This document shows positions 1 to 13,269 of a DNA stretch of 64,000 bases, one piece after another. Below the pieces are notes generated by a model. That model made no database searches. It was given only the letters and a program-made list of their open reading frames with translations, and was not told where the DNA came from. The first letter of the stretch is position 1, and every line of letters starts with the position of its first letter. The DNA is taken from assembly GCF_036321535.1 (NCBI RefSeq), contig NC_087436.1, forward strand, positions 12,214,001 to 12,278,000, given 5' to 3'. Source of the DNA: Camelus dromedarius (lineage: Eukaryota). A program made the translations under genes and the position numbers.

Positions 1-328
1 TGACAGCTCTTGCCCCTGGAGTGCTTAGTCATGTTCATCCCATTTTGCACATGTCCGTACCCATGATGCACACAGGAAAACCCATGGGGGTTGGGGGGAG
101 CTAAACTGCAGTGCTAATTATATTACAATGAGCCCTAGGGTGTGTCTGGTTAAGTTCTCGCTACTGCACAGTTGCAGCTGTTGGGTTCTAACGAGTTTCT
201 TGCTGGCTCTCACTTAGAGAAGGTAAAGCCCCTTTATGCTGCAGGTGGGCATAACGCCATCTTCCGGACCCTCCTCCCTCTCCTCTACCTACCTGCCTGG
301 TGCCCACATTTACTCTAACTACCTAACA
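1..328 (-). mobile_element. Probable ERV LTR fragment, truncated by the window edge
   Basis: Ends ...ctacctaaca (TG start on minus strand), contains cgccatctt (YY1-like), LTR-like composition; family not identified. Confidence 0.45.
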
Positions 329-2182
329 CAGTAAGACACTTACATTACCTGGGTATGTGTACCACTTTTGATTAGAATGTTAAAGTTGCCTTAATTATAC
401 AAACTCCCAAAACATTTTTGTTAAGACTTCACAAGTTTATACTCTACCCTATGTGCTCCCAAAACCCCCTTCTCCCTCCCCCACCCCACAAAACAAACCA
501 AAAACAAATCCTGAGCATTTTTCTTTTCTCTGTCTAATTTTTCAAGTTTTCATTGCATGCTGGTCGTGGTGTTGGATGTGGTAATAGGTACTTAAACGGC
601 CAAGTGGTTCTCTCAGTCTCATTTTGCATAATTGTTCACCTCCCTGTCTGATCTGTTTGACCTCATACACTCCCTGGGATGTTATCTGGGTGCACAGGAG
701 TAGGGGAGAGGGTTGGTTTGGACATCGTGGTCTGGGGTGAGAGAAAGTCTCCGATCTGAGCATTGGCCCTGGGTTCTCGCCGGCCTCTGCTGAGGGGTGA
801 CCCTGCTGGTCTTGGGGCTTGCTACTGTCTCCTTTTGGCTGGTGCTCACTGTGGAAAGCAGGTCTGATCAACCTGTGTCCCTGCTGACGCCAACCCCCTG
901 GAGTTCAATATCACAGTGGAAAATCCCAAGGTCTACAGTGCGTTCCATCTGTCCTGGTAGTCTGTCCTTCAGCTTGTCATGTCAGGACCACTTTGGCTCT
1001 GTTGCAGGAACTCCCTTGGAAATCTTACCCAGCGCCACCAGCTACCTTTGCATCCTGCACCGGGCTCGGAGAAATATCCTAATGGCCTTCCTTGCCCTCA
1101 GGGGTTGGGGAGAGCTTGGGAGCACTGCCTTGCCTGGCCCCACCTTGGAGGAGGTCCACTAGGCGGGCACTTCCCTCTCAGATCTCCAAGTGCCCGCTGC
1201 CCTCAGCATCCTCTCAGTGTGCCCGAGCCGCGCCCCTCCCCTGTACCCTTTGCTGTTTGAACACCTGGCGTGGGAGTTGGAATGCTCTTTGTGACTGAGT
1301 CTCCTGCTGCCTCTCTTACCCTTCAGATTTCTCTGAGCTTCTTTTATTTCTCCCTTCTGTTTTGCTGGAAAATCCCATAGGTCATATCTACCTCCTTCTC
1401 AAGGTGGTGTTTATCTTCCCTTTTCAAGTGCAAAATGCCTGCTGGGAAACGCTCTGCCATAGAGAAAAACACATCGATGCTTCAGAATATCATTTCTGTC
1501 CCCTCTGATACGTGACTCAAACTGACTGCACTTGTCCTGGCAACTAGGAGTTAAAAGGATGAGGCCTCCCCGTCAAGTGGATTTTAAGCACAGAAAGTGG
1601 TGTTTACAAATCAGACAGAAAGACCTTGAGTCTGGCTTTAGAAAAATGTCCCAGGGAGCTGAAGGCAGTGAGAAAAAGATTCACTTGAAAAGAAAAGGCA
1701 AGAAGCACATGAATACTTTCCTCAGATCCGGCACCACGTGCCTTTTTACTGCCTTGGTTGAGCTCATTCCAACCACCCCGGGCCACCTCCAGCCAGTCTC
1801 CTGGTGGCCTCATCCCCTTGTTAGTGGCCTCCAGGAGTCTGGTACATTTTAACGTGTTTGACACCATGGCCACTGTATCCCATAATAAAAAGGTGTAATA
1901 ATAATAAAAAAAAACAGTTTAATTAAAAAAAGGTAGTATTTCTTATTGGTTCAAAAATACATGGAAGCTAGTAATGGGAAATGGAATAAAAATGTTAGCA
2001 TTAATCAATCCCAACCAAAATTCTGTTTTCTTTGCTATGTAATAGTCTGTATTTGGGGGTTTGTTATTTTGTGAAAGTGAATATTGGAATTATAAAAGGA
2101 ATCATATTTCTTTAGTACCTGAACTGTTTCTGGTACTTTATATTAAAAAAAAACTCCAACCTTAAAAAACAATAGTATTAGT

Positions 2183-2310
2183 AATTATTCCCATTGTGCA
2201 GTCAAGAGAACTGAAAATCAGAAAGGCTAAGTCACAAAACTAAAAAACAAGTAGGATTGGGACTGAAATTTAGGTCTGTCTGAAGTCAACACCCATGCCT
2301 TTTCAAGTCA
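2183..2310 (-). mobile_element. MIR fragment
   Basis: attattcccattgtgcag...gaactgaaaatcagaaaggctaagtca...tttaggtctgtctga resembles the MIR core. Confidence 0.6.
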
Positions 2311-3685
2311 TTAAGCTTTGGTAAATAGATTATGTTAGAAATACTTCTGTGACCAAAAAAAATCTTGTGACAAATAATGTTTAATGCTTAGTTATCTTTG
2401 GAACACACTGAGGAAGTTATGCTGGTGGAGTCAATATGACCTGTCTGACATCAGTCTCTTTTGCTCTAGAAATATATGAAGTTGATGTAGTACTAATTTA
2501 ATGCACATGGTCTAAGTTTAACCTTTTTTAGATCTTAGTATTAAAAAAAACAAAAATGGAAAAAAACCTTGGCTGTAGGAAACCAGACAAAGCATACATG
2601 CAGCTTGGTGAGTTGTAAGGTGAATACCCTTGTAATCATTGCCCAAGTCAAGAAATAGAGGATTTTCCCACTGGCCCCCGAAGCTATCCACGTGCTCAGC
2701 CCCTGTCAGGGGCTGTCCCATTTTTGCCTATGGAACCCCCACCCTGATTTTTATAACAGCCACTTTTCCCTATGGTTGTATCAGCTAAGAGTGCATTCCT
2801 AGACACCATGGTTTAGTCTGGCCCATTTAAAAATGTGATATATCTTTCAAGTCTCTTTTAGTCTCACAGATTTCCTTTCAGTTTCTTTCTTTTCCTTATA
2901 ATCTACCCGAGGAAGAATTTGTGTCCTTTAACTGGGGTAGTTCACCATAGTCTAGGTTTTGCTGATCTGGAAACTTGGATGCATTAACCTGGGACTCTGC
3001 CTTCTGTATTCCCTCTACTTGGCAGCTGGATCCAGACATGTAATCAGACTGGAGTTAGATCTCTCTGCTGGTGGTATGTTCTTTTATCAGGATGCACATT
3101 ATGTCTGGTTTTAACCATTTTTTTTAATAGTAGCAGCTGTTGATACTTAATGCTTATAATGATTACTAATTCCTTGAGAGTTACAAAATGATGGTATTCT
3201 GCTGTGTTTTTTCATTTGCATAAATAATTTTAGAAAGAAATCCTTCCCCTCTTCCATTTCTTTCTTTTTTTTTTTTTGATTACCCACAGAGAGGTATTAC
3301 TTCACACAGGAAAGGCAGGATTTGGTTCCTTCCCTTTAGTTACACAATTTTAAAGGCAACAATTTCATTCCCTGTCATCCTCTAAATATGACCAATTAGT
3401 ATTTTTAAAAACCATTATGAACTGACTAATTCAAACATATTCGATGTGTGTTAGTCCACTGTGGGGACATAAAGTTAGGAATCTGTCTTGCTTTCTTTAC
3501 AGTGGTTTTGAGTGTGACTTTTGGTACAGTTCTCAGTGGCTGCTCTGGGTATGTAACATCCACGTGTGACATTGTCTACTGGTCTCAACACTTTACTTCT
3601 TTAAAGGAAGTGTGAAAACCTCCTCTGCATTTAGGTCTCTTTACCTTCCCCCTGGTTAAGTATTTAAATTTAAATATCATTGTCT

Positions 3686-4099
3686 CAAATAGTGTATGAC
3701 ATCACTTTTACGTGGGATCTAAAAAATCTGAACTCATTGAAATAGAGACTAAAATGCTGATTACCAGGGCTTGATGGGTGGGACATACAGGGAGCTGTTG
3801 GTCCAATAGTATAGACTTCTAGTTTTAAGATCTAACGTACAGCATAGTGATTATGGTCAATAATACTATATTATATACTTCAAAGTTGCTGAGAGAGTAG
3901 AACTTAAATATTCTTACCACAAAAAAAGAAATAGTGATTTGTGACGTGATGGAAGTGTTGGCTAAATCTACAGTGGCCATCATTTTTCAGTATGTGAAGG
4001 TTCCAAATCAACACCTTTATACCTGTATATCTTACACCTGTATACCTTAACGTTACACAGTGTTTTATGTCACTTTTATCTCAATAAATCTGGGGAAAA
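3686..4099 (+). mobile_element. 5'-truncated L1 3' end with 15-bp TSD
   Basis: L1 3' UTR motifs ending tatctcaataaatctggggaaaa; TSD taaatatcattgtct at 3671-3685 and 4100-4114. Confidence 0.88.
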
Positions 4100-4997
4100 T
4101 AAATATCATTGTCTTGAGTAACAGGTAGTATTATAATTTCCATTTCAGTCATCAAATATGGTTTATAAAGCTCACAAGGAAGAGGTCCTACTGTGTGCAC
4201 CCCAGATTCTGCTCCTTCTCTTGTTCTTCCTTCCTCCTGCTCCAAGGTCCTTTCATCTGTCATTTATCATTGTTTCTTGGCCAATTCGCTGGAAAAACTA
4301 GGAAATATATATTTTTAAATATGAAATACCTGATGAGTTCATACTGCCAGTTCTAATTTTGGATCTTGTGGTTTTCACTTATCTCTTTATTTCCCTTTGG
4401 TTCTCAAGGACACAGAGGATGTTAGGATATTCCCTAATTATTCCAACCCACATATCACACACCACAGTCTCAGAATAACAATACTAGGACAGTTATTACC
4501 AACTCTACTGAAAACAAAGCAAAGTGTCTTTGCATAGGACACATCTTTGAACCTCCATTTTTTGTTGGAGCTTGTAGCTGTAACATAATATTTTCTTCCT
4601 TCCAACATTCACTTCTCTTTGTTCAGCAAGTAACATCCTTTCATGCTCCATGCAAGTTCTTCTGTTGACGTCCCTCTAGTCATTTTGATCGAAGTTCGTT
4701 CTTTAATAAATTCCTCAAGAAGGGCTAATAGTAACCACCTTCTATGAGTTCTTTCCTGTTGATAACAGTTTGTATCCTTTATATGAAAAGCCAGTTTTGT
4801 TAGGTAAAAATCCTCGGCTCACATTTTCATTTTCTTTGAGCATCATAATTATACTCTCCATTTATTTCTGATTTATTGATTTATTTATGCTCTGAAAGAC
4901 TATGGTTTCCTTTTTTCATATATGTCATATACTCCTTTTATCTCAGTGCCCACAGGATTTGTTTCTTTTCAAGTTAGAATTTTACGAGACCATCGTT

Positions 4998-5548
4998 TTT
5001 TTTCTTTTTTTTTTTTGGTCTGGTGTTTTTTTTTTTTTTTTTTAATAGACTATTTTTTAGAGCAGTTTCAGGTTCACAGCAGAATTGAGCAGAAAATACA
5101 GAGAGTTCGCACATCGCTCTCCCCACCCACACATATATACTTCCCTACCCTCATCATCCCTCATCAGTGTGGCATATTTGGTACAATCGATGAACCAACA
5201 TGGACACACTATTATCAACCAAAGTTCACAGTTTACATTAGGGTTCACTCTTGATGTTGTACATTCTATTGGTTTTGACAAATGCATAATGACATGTAGC
5301 CACCACTGTAGTATCACACAGAATAATTTCATTGCCCTAAAAATCCCTTGTGCTCCATCTGTTCATCCCTCCCTCCTTCTCCCTAACCCCTTGGAAACCA
5401 TGATCTTTTTATTGTTTCTGTAGCTTTGCCTTTTCCAGAATGTCATTTGGTTGGAATCATACAGTTTGTAACCTTTTCAGACTGGCTCCTGCCATTTAGT
5501 AATATGTCTTTTAAGTTTCTTCCAAGTCCTTCACGGCTTGATAGCTCA
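4998..5548 (-). mobile_element. Older L1 (L1MB/MC-like) 3' end with poly(A) tail
   Basis: Poly(T) tract followed by ttttagagcagtttcaggttcacagcagaattgagcag...ttttccagaatgtcat. Confidence 0.8.
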
Positions 5549-5687
5549 TTTTTTTTCTTTTTTTTTTACTGCACATAAATTTTTTACATTTGCTTATATG
5601 TACTGTTCATTGTTTCTAAGAACGTTTAGAGCTTTAGCTTTTTAAACTTTCATAGTTATCAAAGGAATAAAGCCAATCACAAAATAA

Positions 5688-5905
5688 TTACTAATTCAAA
5701 AAGATACATACATCTTGCTATCAACAGCAACATTATTTACAATTGCCAAGATATGGAAGCATTCTAAGTGCACATCAATGGTTGAATAGATAAAGAAGAT
5801 ACAGCATATATATAATATATATAATATATTATATATATATATTATATACATTTAATGGAATACAACTCACCCATAAGAAAGAAGGATATTTTGCCATTTG
5901 CAACC
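5688..5905 (+). mobile_element. L1 ORF2 C-terminal fragment, inverted relative to the adjacent tail
   Basis: ctaattcaaaaagataca...ttatttacaattgccaagatatggaagca...[17 protein letters not shown]. Confidence 0.82.
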
Positions 5906-5959
5906 CTTCATTCACTTTTTTTTTTTCACTTCAAAAACCAGAATTTTATAACTGGCATA

Positions 5960-6245
5960 AACATTTTCATTACAACAAAAACAACAAAATACCTAGAAAC
6001 AAACTTAACCAAGAAGGTTACCTATACTCTGAAAACCAAAATGACACAAAGAAAAGGAAAGATTTCTTGTGTTGTTGGATTGGAAGAATCAACACTATCG
6101 AAATGGCCACACTACCCAAAGCACTCTGCAGATCCAACGCAACCCATGTCAAAATACCCACGACATTCCTCACAGAACTAGAACAAACAATTCCAAAATT
6201 TATAAGGAACCATAAAAGACCCCGAACAGCCAAAGCAAACTCTTG
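5960..6245 (+). mobile_element. L1 ORF2 internal fragment
   Basis: Translates KYLETNLTK and [22 protein letters not shown]...[21 protein letters not shown]. Confidence 0.87.
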
Positions 6246-8275
6246 TAGGTCTTTTTCCCCCCTCTTTCTTCTTTTTGTTCTCTTTTCTTATGGTTTGATG
6301 ACTAGAAAAATTCCTTTAACATTTGTTGTGATGCTGGTTTGGTGGTGCTGAATTCTTTTAGCTTTTGTTTATCTGTGAAGCTTTTGATTTCTCCATCAAG
6401 TCTGAACAAGAACCTTGCTGGATAGATTATTCTTGGTTGTAAATTTTCCCCTTTCATCACTTTAAATATATCGTGCCACTCCCTTCTGGCCTGTAGAATT
6501 TCTACTGAAAAATCAGCTGATAACCTATGGGAGCTCCCTTGTATGTTATTTGTTGCTTTTCTCTTGTGAATTTTAATATTTTCTTCTTACCATTAATTTT
6601 TGTTCAATTTGATGGCTGTGTGCCTTGGTGTGTTCCTCTTTGGGTTGATCCTGTGCGGTACTCTCTGTGCTTCCAGGACTTGGGTGACTGATTCCTTTCC
6701 CAAGTTGGGGAAGTTTTCAGTAATTCTCTCTCCAAGAATATTCTTAGGTACTTTCTCTCTCTCTTCTCTTTCTGGGATCCCTATAATGTGAATATTAGTG
6801 CACTTCATGTTGTCCCAGAGTTCTCTTAAATTATCCTCATTTCTTTTCGTTCTTTTTTCTTTCTTCTGTTCTGCATTAGTGATTTCCACTAATCTGTCTT
6901 CTAGCTCACTGATCCATTCTTCTGCCTCATTTAGTCTATTCTTGGTTCCTTCTAGTGTGTTATTCATTTCAGTGATTTTATTCTCCAACTCTGTTCGGGT
7001 GTTCTTTATATTTTCCAACTCTTTGTTAAAATCTTCTCTCTGTACATCTATACTCCTCTTGAGTTCTCTAATCATCTTGGCCATCATTACTTTAAACTCT
7101 TAAATAAATTGCCTGTCTCCTCGTCACTTATTTCTTCTTCAGGATTTTATCTTGTGCCTTTGGCTGGGAGATACTCCTTTGCTGCCTCATATCGTCTATC
7201 TTTCTATTTTTATTTTTCAGTCAGTTAGTTACATTTCTCGACCTTGGAGAGGTGGCCCTCTGTGGGAGATACTCTATATGTCTCAGCAGTACACTTCTCT
7301 CTTGTCACCCAAGGGTCAGGGTCCAGCCAGTTCCAGGGTAGAGTCTGGCCTGTGTTTGTGGATTCCTTCCACAAGCTTTGGGGTTGTTGTTTTCTTTTTT
7401 CTAGTATCTGCCCCTGGTGGATGAGACTGGACTAGAGGCTTGTGCAGGTTTCCTGGCAGGAGGAGCCGGTGCCTGCCCACTGCTGGGTGAGGCTTGTTCC
7501 TGGACCTCTTGTGGGTAGAGCTGTGACTAGAGGCCTTTGTGACTCAGGAAGTCTGCTGATGGGTGGGGCTGTGTTCCCACCCTGTATGTCGTTTGGCCTG
7601 AGGCTTCCCTACAGGCTGTTGGGTGGGGCTAGGTCTTGGTGCTAATGACCCAAGCAAGATGTCAGCCTCCAGGAAAACGCATGTAGAGGAACACTCCCAG
7701 AATGTCCGCCACCAGCTTTTATGTCCCCTTAGTGAGCTGCAGCCATCCTCTAGGTCCCCAGGAGACCCGCCAAATCCAGCAGGCAGACCCGGCCCAACTT
7801 CCTGTGAAATCACTGCCTCTGCCCTTGAACCTGGTGCACGTGAGTCTCCGTGTACATTTCCCAAGCAAAGGGAGTCTCCATTCTCCCCAGTCCCGTGGGG
7901 CTCCTGGCACCAAGCCCCGCTGGCCTTCAAAACCAGATGTCCTGGGGTCTCCTTCTCTTCCCAATGCCAGAACCAAAGCTGGGGAGCCTGACGTGGGGCT
8001 TAGAGCTCTCTGTCCTATGGGAGGGTGTCTGTGACTTAACTATTCTTCAGCTTGTGGGTTGCCCACCCCGGGGCATGGGACCCAGTTATATCATGAGCAT
8101 GCTCCTCCTACCATCCTGCTCTGGTTCCCTCTTTATGTTTCCAGTTGCAGAAGATCTATTTTGCTAGGTTCCAGTCTTTTTTTCAATGGTTGTTTAGCAT
8201 TCAGTTGTGGTTTTGTTGTAGTCATGAGGAGAGTCGAGCTTGTGGTCCTACCACTCCGCCATCTTGATGAGAAAT
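6246..8275 (-). mobile_element. L1 5' UTR plus ORF1, degraded
   Basis: ORF 6593-7087 is L1 ORF1p coiled-coil/RRM (ISELEDRL...LWDNMKCTNIHIIGIPE...NFPNLGKE...RINPKRNTPRH); GC-rich 5' UTR starting near aagatggcgg (~8265). Confidence 0.92.
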
Positions 8276-9009
8276 CCTCAAGATTATCTGTTGATGTTGG
8301 TAGTTATGATTTGATACTTTCAGGCACACTATATGCTTTCTTAATATATAATTTCAAATATGTTTATTTTAGGAATTTTAAAGTTACACTTTTTATTATT
8401 TGTTTCCTTCAGGGACTGGATATAAAATAATAGAATGGATATAACTTCCTTTTATTATTTTGAAAGTACTGCTTCACTGTTTTTTAGCATCTAATATTAT
8501 GTAAAAATTCAGAAGTTATTTTGATTCCTGTTTTACTGTATATTTCTCCTTTTTCTGACTCTTTTCATACCTAGTGTTATGAAATTTCTCAAGCATTTGC
8601 CTTAGTGTAAGTATTCTTCCATTGTGCTAGGCACCAGGTGAAAACATTTTTATGTGGAAAGTCTGGTTCTTCAGTTTGGGAAATTTTTTTTTAATTTCTA
8701 TTTTTAATTGACATATAGTTAGTTTCAAGTGTGCTACATAGTGATGACTTTTTTCCAGTTAAGCAACAAGTATTTATTGGTTGAAGGTTTAATGGTGAAT
8801 AAGACAAACAGTTCCTGACCTCATGGAGCTTAGAGTTTGAATGATATGGAGACAGTAGTCGGTGCTTTGGGCTCTCTTTCCCATTATTTTGCTCTCCTTC
8901 CTTGTCTCCTTGACTTTTTAAAAAAATTCTGGCTTTTAAAAAAATTTGAGAGCACCTAAGTGAAAACATGAGGGAAAGCAACATTTGTCGTTTGAATTGT
9001 GTTGAGTTT

Positions 9010-9300
9010 ATGTAGCGTTAGAACCAATGGCTTTGGAATTCCTCTGATCTGAGTTTGGGTCTTAGCTAGGATGCTCTCTAGCTGTACCTTCTGGGCCCAG
9101 CTACCTTTCTTCTGTTAGCTAATAATAGCAAATATTTGACTATGTACTGTGTTCTGGTCATTCTCTTAAGTTTTGGTTATTAACCTACTTATTCCTTGCA
9201 AAACTATAGGAATTATTAACCCATATTGCAGATGAGGAAATGGGATCATGGAGAATAACTAAGTAGCTTTCCCAAGGTAACATAATTCATAGTTTCTTCA
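9010..9300. mobile_element. MIR fragments, opposite orientations
   Basis: ctgagtttgggtcttagct and attattaacccatattgcagatgaggaaa...cccaaggtaaca. Confidence 0.55.
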
Positions 9301-11229
9301 CCAGGGACATCTGCTGGTGTCTTTCCACTTATATTTTGCCATTTTTCAACACAAGCCTAGGCTCCCAACACCAGTGGCACTTGTAGTTATCATTTCGTAT
9401 TTGTGTGACTTTGTAATGACCTCATCTCCGAGGTACTTCCCACTGCCCTGCCCGTCTCTCTTCCTGGCTAACTCTTTATTCTTCTCCAAGACTCAGTTTG
9501 AACCCTTGCATCACCTCTAACAGAAAGCCTTCCTTCTCTGTCCACCTGTGGCTGAGTTAAAAAACTGATGCTGGGCTCCCATGGCATTCAGGATGCTTTA
9601 CCTTTTCACTTTGCTTTATGGTTACTGCTTTGTTTGTCTAGCTCCATGATCAGGCTGAGGCAGAAATTCCATCCCGTCTTTCTGTTGCCTTTCAGAGTCT
9701 AGCAGAATATCTTTCAGTATGGTACAGGAACTGAGAGAAAAATATAATTTTTTAAATTATAAGTTGTTATGATTTGAATAGGTTACTTCTTTTAGCTTTT
9801 GCTTCTTCAGTTGTATGAATGGATCCAATACTATTTCCAGCCTCACAGGATAATTGTGAGAATTGAGGTAACATATGTTAAGTGCATACATGCTACAGGG
9901 AGTTTCTTAGTAAGTGAGAGCTGTTTCTGTGATTATTATCAGTGTGTCCTAGATTGTTCACATACGTAGATTTTCTTAGAACACCAAACTATGTTGTTTA
10001 TCTTCTTGAGTATCATTTATTTTCATGTCAGACAAGTATTTTCTCTGACAGAGTATTTCATTTAAAGATTGAAAAGAGCAGGAAAGAATCTTTCAGTTGT
10101 CAAAGGTGAATAGGACATTCAATTTCCCATTACTCTTCTCTAAATTTGCAGTGTTTGTCTGGGTACTTTAAACCAAAATGAATTGCACTGCAAGATGAAC
10201 TTCCGCATTTATTTACTACACTCAACATATAAGAAAGGATTGCTAACTCATGCAAATAGAATGATTGCTTAAATGGATTTTCCTTCTTTTTTATTTGACA
10301 ATTTAAAAACTTATTTTCAAAACGATAAATTTTAGGCTTCCATACAAGGAAGCAAAATGTTAATTTTCTTAGAAACTCCTTGATTTAAGAAAACCTTACT
10401 TTATTAGTTGTATACCCTATAATGTAAGTTTTAATTATGCTTTTAGAAATCTTCTTAGAGAGCTTTGCAAATTCCAAATTTTAAAAGATCATAAACTCTT
10501 CTTTCTTGGTAGTATTTTACATTTTTTGTTTCTTTTGGATGTTCCCAATATGATTTTTCTCAAGAAGAGATTAAATGTGTATCATAGAGAAAGCTATCTT
10601 TAAAAGAAAACTGCTTATCTCCTTAAAATTGAACCTTTACAATCAGTCACGCCAGGAAGTATTAAGCAAACCATGAATCTGAGTTCTAATCTGTGGTTAT
10701 TTGGAAATTGTTTCCTATAGTCTTCCTAAGCCACATGTGCTCTTTAGAAAATGTGAAGCAAAATACTTACTACTGACCTCATCATTAAACCCATAGTAAA
10801 GGCAAAGTCATGAAAAAGAAAATGCATGCACTATATAAATACAGCCGCTAAAGTAGATTGGAGCCATTTTTTATTTATGACTTTCTGCTGTGTATTTTAT
10901 TTGAATTGAACATTTATAGTTATTTTTTATTGCGGCTGCAATAGCACAATTGTATATTGGCTTCTGCCCGTCATGATACTATTTGGTTTAGCTATTCCAC
11001 CTTCCTTTTGGGGATTGACCTCTTTATACTTCTGTGTATATATTTTTAGTAGTTTCAAATAATCTCCTGTTTAGGAACTCAGCTCTTTGAGAATAAGCTG
11101 TCTTCTGCTACAACTTCATAATAAAAGGATAAAATGCCCCTTTGGAGGACATTCATTATTTGCAGATGCTGTTATTATTGGTGATCTCAACTGTGGATTT
11201 TCAGCTATGTCTTACAGAGAGAAGTGTTA

Positions 11230-11800
11230 AAAAGCACTACGTTAAAGTTACTTTTGTACATCAGATCGTGTCAGTCTGTTGCTTGAACAACTCCAAAAGC
11301 TCTCCAATATACTTACAAAATCCGGACTCCTGCCTGATCTGGCCTTTATCTGCCCTCCTACTTAACTGCAGGCCCTTCTGCTCTGACTCAAAGTGCTTGA
11401 GTCTCCATGGCCATATTTCAGTTTTTCCAACACAGGACGCTCTTTCTGGGCTCAGGGCCTTTGCACATGCTCTTCTCTTTGCTTTGAATGCTCTTGGCTC
11501 ATTTACTTAGTTGACTTATTATACAGGCCTCCAATTTAATAGTACCTTCTCAGTCAGGCCTTCTCAATCAATCCCAGCTTACTCCTTCCCCCATGTTACT
11601 TGCCATAATATTATTTATTTACTTTGTTTATACATATATTATATTTCATTTCCTTTTTTGTTGTTTGTCTTCTTTACCATAAATGGTAGGCCTTGAAGAC
11701 CAAGGATTTATCTATACTGTTTAATAGGATCCCTTGTATCCAACACCATGACTAGCACATAATCAACACTTGATATTGTAAGAAAGGTTAAGAATGAGTA
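11230..11800 (+). mobile_element. L2 3' region
   Basis: ctcagggcctttgcacatgctcttctctttgctttgaatgctct...actagcacataatcaacacttgata. Confidence 0.65.
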
Positions 11801-11829
11801 ATTAAGAATATATTTCTTCACACATAGAG

Positions 11830-12960
11830 AGCAGCTTATGCAAATTTCCTGAAGCAGGAAGGAACCTGATGTGTCCCTGACATTGAAGTACGTCCAGTGT
11901 GGCTGGAGTGTAATGGAGGGCAAGATAATGACATGAGATGAAGTTACAGAGTTGAGCATGGACTGGAAGGTAGTATTAAACAAAACTGGATTTATTTCGT
12001 AGTATAAAGAGAAATCCCTGTAAGGTTTAAAGCACTGGATGAAAAGGTCTGAATTTGAAGGAGTTCAGATTCATTGCTCTTGGAGATTGAATTAGATGTA
12101 AGAAAGAGTAAAACTGGGAAAATCCATTAAGAGGTTTGTGCAGCATCTCGGGAAAAGGGTGATTTGGATTTTAGTAGTGGTAGTAGAATGGGAAAAAAAA
12201 AAGAAGATTGAAATTGAGAGAGGATAATGTCGGTGCATTTTTTGCAGACGTGTAATTCTGGCATTGGTGTTATAAGTTGGGGGAGGGGACCAAAAAGATT
12301 TTGGACATGCTGTGTTGAAGATATCTGAGACTCAAGTAAAGATGTCAACTAGGCAGTGTGGATGTGAGTTTTGAACTCAGAAAAGAGATTTTTGCTGAAT
12401 ACAAGAATTTGGCAATCTTCAATATGTAACCATCATTCAGATACACAGAACTGGATATAAAGAACTGGGATGCACTGCAGAGAAGGAAGCAAGTCCAAGG
12501 AAATACTTCAGAAACCCTAACATGTAGGAAGCAGAATTTTGCAGAGTCAGCAAATAGACTGAGGATGAAGCATGAATAATGTGGGAGGAGAGGTAGGCTT
12601 GTGAGGGGCTGAGAGAAGAATGAATGTTCTGTCCTGCCTGATGCTCCTGAGAGTTTGAAATAAACCACCTGGAATATGACTAATTTGGCAAGAGAATTTT
12701 TAGTGTTGTCGTGGGGGTAAAAATTGGGCAGAAGTTCATTAAAGAGGAGAGGGGGCACTGAAGACAGCATGTACAGACAACTTTTTAAAATTGCTCTGAA
12801 TGGTAAGCAGAGAATGGTATAATAGCACAAGGGATATTTCAGATCAAGAGAGGACTTTAGAAAGCATAATAGGTATTGGAGCAATTTGTGTGTTGACAGG
12901 CGTCATCTAGTAGACATCTAGTGGTTGGTGATCCAGCATAGAGCAGAGGAAATTCACTGA
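11830..12960 (-). mobile_element. L2 internal fragment
   Basis: Purine-rich L2-antisense motifs, e.g. ccagtgtggctggagtg, gatgtcaactaggcagtgtggat. Confidence 0.6.
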
Positions 12961-13269
12961 TAGGGCTTTCAGTGTGATATATGTGATGACATCATAAGGG
13001 GAGGGGATGGAAGAGGACCTGTAGCGTTTGTTTATTTATTTTTGCTGGAAGTGGTAAAATAATTTAATTCTAAGTTGATGGTATGAAGTGTGAACTGAAC
13101 TATACATTGTAAGCATTGAAGCAACTGAAGAGATTATATAAAGTCTATATAAAAGACTATATAGAATAGTATAAAAGTAAAAAAGCCAAAAGAAAATTAA
13201 AATGGAATTCTAAAAAATATTCAAAGATATCAAAAGATGGGAGGGAAGGAAAATCAGAGGAACATTAAT

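Noticed and set aside
542..1873. Cluster of 70-120 aa ORFs on both strands
   Set aside because: No recognisable domain, mostly non-ATG starts, overlapping frames; expected from locally higher GC.
7152..8430. Many overlapping ORFs
   Set aside because: They lie in the GC-rich L1 5' UTR; not host genes.
12345..12884. 179-aa minus-strand ORF
   Set aside because: Low-complexity Leu/Ser/Phe translation of an L2 relic; no homology recognised.
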